A DNA stretch of 43,188 nt from Phoronis australis (taxonomy: Eukaryota; Animalia; Phoronida). Positions 1-9,540 of this stretch are shown here, piece after piece. The notes below the pieces were generated by a model, which saw only the letters and a list, made by a program, of their open reading frames with translations, was not told the origin of the DNA and ran no database searches. How positions within the stretch are numbered: position 1 is the stretch's first letter; each line of letters opens with the position of its first letter. The stretch spans positions 7,779 to 50,966 of the forward strand of contig NMRA01000860.1 in NCBI GenBank assembly GCA_002633005.1. The letters are read 5' to 3'. The position numbers and the translations under genes are program-made.

Positions 1-1692
1 GTATTATACCACGGCATATTAATGCGTAGAAACGGCGCACAACTAGTGACTGGTTTAACATGACAAATACACATACGCGGTCTGAAAATACTGAAATTCA
101 GACACCTATTACCATGCCTGCCTGAAGGGCTGACAAAGTTTTTATTGTATTAATTTCAAGGGCATGGAGTCTTCTACATGTCCATGTTATTATTGTTAGT
201 TTTCTCGCGGGGGCAGCTTCGCTATAAGGGTACAACTTACTGCTGGTTTTTTACAAGAAGGAAATGTACCTCCACGGAAACAGTTCCAGTGTTACCATGG
301 TAACCGACATTGCAGTGTCGGTGCCGTTTTTACTGACATTGGTCATGAAATTATCATGTGATATCAAAATTGTTCAGAAACGATTCTGTTTGAAGCAGAA
401 ACTGGAGTAGAAAATTAGGTAAAAAATGACTCATTCCACACCAAGAAATTGACTCATTTTGCCCCCAAGAACACTTCCCTTGTTCCTCCTAAACCACCAA
501 ACTTTGTGGTGTCATACTTCACCCAATTTCTCTCATCCCTAATGTGATTTATCAGACTAAACATGGATCTGAATGGCTGACCCCCCACCTTGCCGCTTGT
601 TGGCTGTACCCTGGTCGGTGGATCCGTGGATTGATACTTAATCTGAGTACGGAGATTGGAGACCGGGGCCCGGTCTAACTCCAGTCCAATATCGTGATGC
701 CACAATAAGGATATCCTCAGACCGCACAACTAAAAAATTCAGTCCCACGGGTGGTCTTTTTGGTTCGTTAAATAAGAATATCAAACGCCTATAATGTAGG
801 GAGTGTGTCCACGTCTTCTCGGGGTATCTCCGTGCATGATTGCGGGTCAGGGGAGAGGTCGATCTGTATTGGCTAGATCTGATGATGTAGTTCATGATTT
901 GATTGACTTTTCTACTGATATTCCTTGTGCCCGGAACTCCCTTGGGGATATGAAGTGTCCCACTTCTAACTGTTCTCGGGTTTCCTTGCTCACTTAGGAT
1001 AATCTGATGGAATTACCCGTTAGTGATACTGATGTGATTTATACGCCACTTTTAGTTCCGGCTAATTCAATGGATACTCCTGAATTGAATAATGAGGCAG
1101 TTTCTAGTACCCAGGTGGTTGCTAATTATGAATCGTTAGATATTGTGCACATCCTGGTTCCGGATCCCATTTCAGGGGGGTGAAAGATGCCTCACAACCC
1201 TGTTGTTTTGCTGGATCCACCTCTTGAGTTTGGATACTATTAATATTCAGGAGGCGTCTTCTGGTCATTTTGTTACACCCTACACCAACAGGCTGGCCGT
1301 CTGCTTCATTGGAGGCAAAAGGTCACCCTTCCACAAAGGATGGGGCATGCCGGTTCGCCGTACCCTCGGATGTTGTGTGTGGCAAAATCCCGCAAGCCAC
1401 CTGGCCGACCCTTAAAGGGTCAACAATCATCTGAAGATTCACCGTCCTCATCTAAAGCTAAATCAGGATCAATCCTTGATTTGGCTTCAGATATTCATTT
1501 CCATTTGGATCTCTTGCGGCGGGAAAATGATAGACCCAGTTATTGTGCGCGTGTGTACTGTAGCAATGCTTTGTATCTTATTTCTAGTTGTCTAATCTGT
1601 TGATACAGTAAATTTCCTTATTTATGCCCATCCTGATTTGACCGCGACTTGAGCTTCTTGGGTTCTACCGTATTGGGACTGTCATAGGGACT

Positions 1693-1954
1693 CACGCACA
1701 CCCAGCCTTCAAAATGGGGGGCTAGAATTCCTGACGTTATGGACCATTTGCTAACAAAAGAGCCGGCGGACTAAAAAATAAAATAAAAAAAAAACAAAAA
1801 AAAAAAACGGGAGCACCATTGTGAATTGCGCGTTTGCGCTTATTTACTGGACTTTTTCCCCATTTCCTCTGACATTTTGTCTCTCAGGGGCGGACCTTTT
1901 TGCCCACATCGCCAAATGGGGGGCTCGAATGAGCCCCCCCCTGGGTGCACGCAT
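1693..1954. mobile_element. MITE of the CATGCGCGCACCCAG-TIR family (hAT-like), copy 1
   Basis: Left end cacgcacacccagcc and right end cccctgggtgcacgcat are imperfect inverted repeats; G/C-run subterminal motifs are shared with copies at 4738-4893 and 42305-42567. Confidence 0.55.
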
Positions 1955-2183
1955 AACGTGGTGCTTACTCGAATGAGTTTCATTCTAGCGGCTATTTCCA
2001 ATTGTGTAGGTGAAGTAAATTAACAAATTGGATGATTATCCTCACCGGTATTTTATCATTAGTATTTTTGTCGGGTTCTCAAGTTTTCCGACGCTAGGGA
2101 TTGTCACATCTGTAAGATAGACGTGTTTCAATGAACTTCCATGTTTGTGGCGTTATTTACACCTAACCAAACTTTAAAAAAGA

Positions 2184-2549
2184 NNNNNNNNNNNNNNNNN
2201 NNNNNNNNNNNNNNNNNNNNNNNNNNNNNNNNNNNNNNNNNNNNNNNNNNNNNNNNNNNNNNNNNNNNNNNNNNNNNNNNNNNNNNNNNNNNNNNNNNNN
2301 NNNNNNNNNNNNNNNNNNNNNNNNNNNNNNNNNNNNNNNNNNNNNNNNNNNNNNNNNNNNNNNNNNNNNNNNNNNNNNNNNNNNNNNNNNNNNNNNNNNN
2401 NNNNNNNNNNNNNNNNNNNNNNNNNNNNNNNNNNNNNNNNNNNNNNNNNNNNNNNNNNNNNNNNNNNNNNNNNNNNNNNNNNNNNNNNNNNNNNNNNNNN
2501 NNNNNNNNNNNNNNNNNNNNNNNNNNNNNNNNNNNNNNNNNNNNNNNNN
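2184..2549. other. Assembly gap (N run)
   Basis: 366 consecutive N. Confidence 1.
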
Positions 2550-3209
2550 TTTCGAGTCTGTTTTTGTGCGTCCACCCCTCTATCAACCAAACCGCTCAAA
2601 GGATGATTGTGAAAATTGGCATGTATATGCTTACTATGTAGAGGACGGTTGACGATGATTTTCAGACGATTTCGACTTCTGTAGCGCCTCGTAGTGGCAG
2701 TTTGTTTTTGCGCCTTTGGCTGTATCTCCTAAACCGTTCGCAGGATCTTTACGAAATTGTGTAAGTATATTTCTATGATGTTAACAACGGAAGATGACGA
2801 CTTTTGGACGGATCCTACAACGAGTGTGCCCCCTAGTGGCAATTTTAGTTTTTTACGCTTTGTATCTTCAAAAGTCCTGAACGGATTTTCATGAAATTTA
2901 GTATGTAGGCACCTATTAGTGAGATGACGCTATCCTCTCATTTTCAGATGGATTCGGCATAGTTTGCGCCACCTAGTGGCCATTTTTACTGTTTTCGAGT
3001 CTGTATTTTTGCGTCCACCCCTCTATCAACCAAACCGCTCAAAGGATGATTGTCAAAATTGGCATGTATGTGCTTACTACAAAGAGGACAGCTGACAATG
3101 ATTTTCAGACGATTTGGACTACTGTGGCGCCTCCCAGAGGCAGTTTTTTTTGCGCCTAAGGCTGTATCTCCTAAATCGTTCGCAGGATCTTTACGAAATT
3201 TAATAAGTC

Positions 3210-4079
3210 TATTTATACCACAATATTAGCGTCAAATGGCAGATACAACCGTGTAATAAACCATAAACTTATCTCACTGGTGAGATAACAATTTGGCGGG
3301 AAACGAGTCGAACCCGGGACCCTGAAATTGCTGGTCGCCGACTTTACCACTACACCACGCAGCGGCTAACGTCATCAAAAGTGAAAATAGAATACTTAAA
3401 TGAGCACGCGCAGTAATCGCACGTTCAACAAACCGCATTGTACTGTATTTATACGTTACGAAAAATAAGACACATATTTCCATAAAAATGATATCTTAAT
3501 TCAGTGAAAATTTTCTCTCATGTCCTCTTACTTGTAAATCACCGTTCTACAGTTTGAATGCGGGTATCGTGTAGTCAGGATCTTTGACTTGAGAATTATA
3601 TTCAGTTACCAGTGGTAACCTACTTTAGCAGACGATAATTTCCCGGTCGCAGCTTAGAGTGAAAAAACGTGTTTTAAGTTATAATAGTTGGCAAACCTTA
3701 ATTTATAAATTCAATTTATTTCTATTATATTTAAGATTTCAATTGGTTTTGAGTAAAAGCATTATTTGACAAAAATAGCCCGGCTTTTCTTAAAAGGTCT
3801 CGACCTCCGACCCCGGGCCTCTGACATAGAAAGTAGTTACAAAGCCGTGGAGAGTCAGAAAAGGTAAATCGATTCATTGCAATGTTTCTCGTTTAGTATG
3901 TGGTATAAATAGATTATTACATGTTCTCAGCCGTTATCCCCCTTATCTACAGCCCTTGAGGACTTTGGAGAATTATCACCCTCGGGGCTAACGCCCCTCG
4001 GGCGATAATTCTCCAAAATCAACTCGGGCTCTAGATAGCGGGGGATAACGACTTCGCCATGCAAAAATCTATATTTATA
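3210..4079. mobile_element. Composite non-autonomous insertion: TIR-bounded cassette with a tRNA-like segment plus a terminal ~165-bp palindrome
   Basis: Splits a HINE subrepeat; flanked by direct repeat tatttata (3210-3217, 4072-4079); inverted ends atttataccaca (3211) / tgtggtataaat (~3899-3910); long hairpin 3909-4072. Confidence 0.7.
3294..3366 (-). ncRNA. tRNA-derived (SINE-head-like) pol III segment, not a canonical tRNA
   Basis: Minus strand GCCGCTGCGTGGTGTAGTGGTAAAGTCGGCGACCAGCAATTTCAGGGTCCCGGGTTCGACTCGTTTCCCGCCA: A box TGGTGTAGTGG and B box GGTTCGACTC at tRNA spacing; stems are imperfect. Confidence 0.65.
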
Positions 4080-4737
4080 TGATGTTAACAACAGACGATG
4101 ACGACTTTTGGACGGATCCGCCTACCAGTGTGCCCCCTAGTGGCAATTTTATTTTTTTTACGTTTACCTCTGTATCGTCACAAGTCCTTAACGGATTTTC
4201 ATGAAATTTGGTTTGCAGGCACCTATTAGTGCGATGACGCTATCCTCCCGTTTTTGGTTGGATTTGACCTAGTTTGCGACACTCATTGGCCATTTTTACT
4301 GTTTTTGAGTTTTTTTTTTTGGCGTCCACCCCTCTATCAACCAAACATTTTGCCCTTAGCCTATTGAGGAGACAATGACCATGCCTTTCCATTTTGCAAA
4401 GTACAACATACTACATATATGCCCTCTACNCGCCAAATGGGGGGCTCGAATGAGCCCCCCCCTGGGTGCACGCATAACGTGGTGCTTACTCGAATGAGTT
4501 TCATTCTAGCGGCTATTTCCAATTGTGTAGGTGAAGTAAATTAACAAATTGGATGATTATCCTCACCGGTATTTTATCATTAGTATTTTTGTCGGGTTCT
4601 CAAGTTTTCCGACGCTAGGGATTGTCACATCTGTAAGATAGACGTGTTTCAATGAACTTCCATGTTTGTGGCGTTATTTACACCTAACCAAACTTTAAAA
4701 AAGAAGCCCGCGTTTAAACCAGGAGCTGCATTGGGTG

Positions 4738-4893
4738 CATGCCCGCACCCAGCCTCTAATATGGGGGTGCTCGAATCTCTGGCAAAGTGGACATTTTGCT
4801 AACAAAAAAGCGTGAGAACTAAAATAAAAAAACGGGGTTCTGTGGTGGACTTTCATCTCTTTCTCTCGGGCTTTTCCCCTGGGTGCGCGCATG
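4738..4893. mobile_element. MITE of the CATGCGCGCACCCAG-TIR family, copy 2
   Basis: catgcccgcacccag ... ctgggtgcgcgcatg terminal inverted repeats. Confidence 0.65.
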
Positions 4894-4912
4894 CCTTTGT
4901 CTGCGTTGCTAA

Positions 4913-5972
4913 TTTTTATGAGCCCATATATGTATATGTGGACGCATTATGCCGTCCGTCCGTCCGGCGTCCGGCGTCCGCTGCTTTATCTCCAAAACCC
5001 TTTGACATACGTTCAGGAAATTTGGCACATATGTTCTATTCATAAATGGGACGGCATGTGCGAACTTTCGGACGGATCCGACTACCGGTGTGCCCCCTAG
5101 TGGCAATTTTAGTTTTTTACGCTTACCTTTGTATCTTCAAAAGTCCTGAACGGATTTTCCTGAAATTTGGTATGTAGGCACCTATTAGTGAGATGACGCT
5201 ATCCTCCCGTTTTCAGATGGATTCGACATAGTAGTTTGCGCCACCAAGTGTCCATTTTTAGTGTTTTCGAGTCGTTTTTTGTGCGTCCACCCCTCTATCA
5301 ACCAAACCGCTCAAAGGATGATTGTGAAAATTGGCGTGTATGTGCTTACTATAAGGAAGACAGCTGACAATGATTTTCAGACGATTTGGACTACTGTGGC
5401 GCCTCCTAGTGGCAGTTTTGTTTTTTTGCGCCCATGGCTGTATCTCCCAAACCGTTTGCAGGATCTTTACTAAATTTAGCAAGTGTATTTATGTGATGTT
5501 GACAACGGACGATGACGACTTTAGGATGATTCTGACTACCGGTATGCCTCTAGTGGCAATTTTAGTATTTGCCTCTAGTGGCAATTTTAGTATTTTACAT
5601 TGACCTCTGTATTTTCATAGGTCTTCAGGTGTATACTTTGTGTTACTTCGTGACTATGAAGGAAAAGTTCCAAGTAGAAATTTGTTTCTGGCATTCTAAT
5701 GCTGTGCTCGTATGTTGGTAAATTTGTTTTTAATTCTTTCTGTGGTGCTTTAAGCAACTGGTGTATAGGATGTGCTTGTATTATGAAGATTACTCACATT
5801 TTGCCCCTAGCCTATTGAGGAGACAATGACCATGCCTTTCCATTTTGCAAAGTACAACATACTACATATATGCCCTCTACTGGCCACTTTATGGTACTAA
5901 TAAACAACCCTAGAAGGATACCGTATACGGTGCAATTGTGGGCGCATTTCAACGCTCTGCGTTGCTCTTGTT
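4913..5972 (+). mobile_element. Full-length HINE (Helentron-associated, DINE-1/pearl-like non-autonomous rolling-circle element)
   Basis: 5' T-run, subTIR atgagccca (4918-4926) with a nearby inverted partner tggacgcat, (CGTC/CCGT)n microsatellite 4951-4980, internal ~145-bp tandem subrepeats, 3' subTIR tgggcgcat (5939-5947) and hairpin caacgc-tct-gcgttg (5950-5964) followed by ctcttgtt. Confidence 0.85.
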
Positions 5973-6815
5973 ATAAAGGTAGGCCTGTCTGTAGCCAACT
6001 ACGGTAAATACATAAAAGGTTACGCGCGAGGTTGCGTTAATAGAACCGATCCAATATTTCAGAAGGACTATACTTAGTATCCATTACGCACGGGGCCTTT
6101 TTGTTACATTAGGAGTAGGATTGGTTCATATCATGTAGAGGTAGTGTAGGACTTTACAAAACCGGTTGACGAATTATGTTTTTGTCATAAGTGTTCATTT
6201 GAAAGGCGTAAGGCTGGAAATACTTTTGAAATAGAAGGAATTAAGGCTGATTTAAAAAAAAACATTTGTCTGCTTACAAAAATGTAACATTGAAGCATGA
6301 AAACAACCTTTATACCCCTTTGATATCCCTGTTCCATGTTTGAAAAGAAGTTGAAACTCGGTCAGTTGTCGGTATTTTCATAGACTGCAGCCTACTTGGC
6401 TAAGATGATCCAGGTTTTGCGCGGCATACAGTCGACATTTATAAAAGGAGTATGTAACCTGCATTTCAGAATTGCGAGGTAGATTTTGACTGGTCCAGGT
6501 GGTTATTTCTGAAGTAAGGCCTATTAATGTAACATTTATTTATGTTAAAGATTTTACTAGCATTTTATTTATTTGGACACGAATGTGAATTTGTTGAAAT
6601 CGCAGATCCGAATCCTGGCCAACTGTGCGCATTCTGCTGAGACCAACCGTCTGATCAGGGCCAGCGAAGAATAATTTAGTTGAAGTTCCTCGTAAGGACA
6701 AGAGTTCACGAGTCACTACCTTTGGAAGAAATTTAGCGGAAAATTCTCGTCAAAAAGTTTACCAGATAGTTTTCATCAAAACGGAGAAAAGAAAAAGGGA
6801 TTTGTGAAGACAGGA

Positions 6816-7037
6816 TTAAGTAGTAGGCCTACCAGAGCCTCTTAAAAAACATTCATCTTTGAAGTGCCTTGAACAAATGTACAAAGACTTATTGATGAAA
6901 CAATTGCCATTCACGTTGACACAAGAAGTTCGCTTTTCTTCCCACAGCCGATTATGAGGTATTCGAATGGTATGGAAGCTAATCCCTTTGCATTTCGCGT
7001 GTGTGGCCGAACAACCGGCCGCACAGCAACCGACCAT
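6816..7037 (-). pseudogene. THAP (C2CH zinc finger) domain ORF, probably a transposon remnant
   Basis: MVGCCAAGC...GISFH...W...ICSRHFKDECF matches the THAP signature CxxxC...F(H)xxP...W...CxxHF; it stops before the AVPTIF box and no transposase ORF follows. Confidence 0.75.
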
Positions 7038-7805
7038 GATTAGCAGACGACGTACTTGCCGGAAATTGTACCAGAAAATTTAGCCAGGTGTCGCCAGTGA
7101 ATAATGACGTAAGGGCTTATGCGTAAGATCACAGATTTCGTCCATTAAAAGTATACGGAGTTGGCGGTCCATGTACTATAGTCAGTGGTGACACCTGTTC
7201 TTTGACACTGGGTGAATTAAAACTATGCACTCTATTGGTGTTATAGTGTTCCAAATAGGTAGCGGTTTTGAAGGTATATGGCACTCAGGTGGTTGTCACA
7301 ATCTTGCGATTCATATAGGAAAATGATCAGCGCTAAAAGATTTTATTGTAGCAATCAACATCAGTAAGATAGAAACGTCTTGTGTAAAAGTCTGGTGTTG
7401 ACCAGTGTTGTGTCAGCTGAGATATCCGCTGTCAAAATGTGGCGAAATTGCAATGCTTTGTTAACCTCTGACCCCTTTATACTTTATGCCTGAAATTTTG
7501 AACTTAGCGGCAAACAAAAATTGACGTTATGCACCTGTATTTTTTATTATGCATTGCAAGTAAGGCATTTTAGGTGAGTCCATTGCATGGTATACCCCAA
7601 AATTGAGGCTCCCTGATTTCTCTCCCTTAAACATGGTAAAATGAGATTATACTTTACTGTTTTGTTTATCATCCTAAAGGTAAATAAAATGCATAGTATG
7701 GTTCAAATCCATGACATTGGGTTTATCACCCCTCTGGGCATTTTTCCTGCTGTGAACCATACTTCACTCTTAAATGTCCTTTTTCATCCACTCCATACTC
7801 GGTCA

Positions 7806-8046
7806 TCGTTTTTCGATGTCGTAGTCCTTGTACTTTGCGGTGTCGTCCTGGTAATAGTCTCGTTGTTCAATGTCGTAGTCCTTGTACTTTGCGGTGTCGT
7901 CCTCGTAATAGTCTCGTTGTTCAATGTCCTAGTCCTTGCACTTGGCGGTGTCGTCCTGGTAAGTCTCGTTGTTCAATGCCGTAGTTCTTGTACTTGGCGG
8001 TGTCGTCCTGGTAATAGTCTTGTTGTTCAATGCCGTAGTTCTTGTA
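7806..8046. repeat. 54-bp minisatellite, ~4.4 copies
   Basis: Unit cgttgttcaatgtcgtagtccttgtactttgcggtgtcgtcctggtaatagtct repeated with few substitutions and one short deletion. Confidence 0.9.
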
Positions 8047-8459
8047 ACTTGCTGACTTGAATCCATAATATTCTGATCGTTGAGTTCTTCAACCTCCACC
8101 ATCTCGGATAACTCTGGGGTATTCTCTTGTTTGGTTACTTGTAGCGATATATGTCAACTGGGTGGGCCGCTAAGCCGACCGATCCGCTGTCTCTCCAAAA
8201 TATCACCAGTCTCTCCAGGTCGCTACCCGCTTCTCCGGGCCGTCACCTGCCTTTCCAGGTTGTCTACCAGCCTATTCCTGGATTTAACTGGACCTTGGCC
8301 AGACCTTAAATTACCTGAGATACAGCTGTTGTGTGCTGTCTCCTCAAGAGCTGTCATCAGCTGGAATGCATCCTCATCGATAATTTCGATCCCTAATATA
8401 GAATCGTTTCAGATGCCGGGTATCCGAAGTTGATCAGGCTTCGGTCAGCACTTGGAGTG

Positions 8460-9540
8460 TCACTTGTTGTCTTTTTGTAATCATAGCCACGACGACGCCT
8501 CTTCAGCCGATCTCATCACTGTCTGCACCAAATTCTTTCTAAAAACTGTGCTGATTCCTATGAGCTTCATCAACCTCCTCATGCTACCCCCGATGAATCC
8601 TCTACATCCTACTCCAATTGTTATACAAAAACCCTTCAAATCAGTTACCGGGCATATTTAAGACTTTTCCTCTCGTTGGACTTTACCATTCGGGATTCCC
8701 ATGGTAGTGTAAGTTATAGAAATACAATGATGACCGTCTTCGTACCATCTGACCATAAAACCAAGTCAGGCCGGATTGTCGTCATCACTGTATGGCTTGG
8801 TCCTACATCCACAATCATCTTCCAATAACTCGATGTACTCAGTACACGTGCTTTTTTCCTCTTCCCAGATGCGCCTTCTCTGCAAAATGATATTAGCGGG
8901 ATACCAGTTTTGCTAGCCGATTTCCTTCTTTCTATTTCCAAAATATGAGCAGTCGCCTTGAGTATCTTATCATCTTGTATTTGCCTACCGCCAAAGCTGA
9001 CTTACAAGATTTCAAAACAGGTTGTGAAGTGCAGCGTTCAACAGAAGTGCCCCAAGAACCGTCTTCAATCTTTCCTCACAACTTCAGATTTGTCGGATTA
9101 GGGAGTACTTCATACACAAAACGCAGGTGAAAACTTGATCACACGGAATTAGGTCATTCGCTGTAATGTGCTTACTGTGAACTGCTCCCCACGCCGTCCA
9201 CGCGCCTTGCTTTCCCAACCCCACATCATGCGAAAAGCGCTTCTCCTCTTCTTGGTCACGTGTTTCGTCTAACACCATAGGACGACGGTCTTTCCCTGTA
9301 AATGTCTTCCACCTCTTAAACGGTTTCATGCCAAGGCCTTCACGTCCTCCAGAAAGTGTACCTACGAAATCTTTTTGGTGAAACCTGCTCTCTGTTGATG
9401 CTGCTTCCTCCTCTGGACTCCACTTTCTTCCCGCAAAAACTTCAATCTTTACACCACTGATATCTTCATCTTTCGAGTCCCTCAAAGTCAGGAATGTCCT
9501 GCACTTAATGACTGTAGATGCTGTAGATGTCAATTAATAC
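8460..9540 (-). mobile_element. Decayed 3' part of an RLE-type non-LTR retrotransposon (Hero/NeSL-R2-like)
   Basis: Frameshifted minus-strand peptides: AGRKWSPEE, GREGLG, KQGAWTAW, YEVLPNPTNLK, degraded CCHC knuckle, RPDLVLWS, LTLPWE...ERKSLKY, GVGCRGF, AEEASSWL. These are the PD-(D/E)xK restriction-like endonuclease motifs of Hero-type elements. Confidence 0.85.

Larger units (their letters stand above)
2550..4345 (+). mobile_element. Internal tandem-repeat array of a HINE/Helentron-associated element, interrupted by an insertion at ~3218-4071
   Basis: Three related ~145-bp subrepeats form a ~443-bp higher-order unit (ttcgagtctg...gcgtccacccctctatcaaccaaac at 2551, ~2994 and again ~4305); homologous to the interior of the full element at 4913-5972. 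Confidence 0.8.

Noticed and set aside
454-1603. Cluster of short ORFs in slightly GC-richer sequence
   Set aside because: No recognisable domain and no consistent frame or splice structure; may be decayed mobile DNA but cannot be supported.
2128-2641. ORFs of 141-166 aa
   Set aside because: Artefacts of translating through the N gap.
2550-5600. Regularly spaced conserved motif resembling a CRISPR array
   Set aside because: The intervening sequences are homologous to each other (tandem subrepeats), there are no cas genes, and the context is eukaryotic.
7641-8060. 139-aa hydrophobic 'membrane protein' ORF
   Set aside because: Plus-strand translation of the 54-bp minisatellite.
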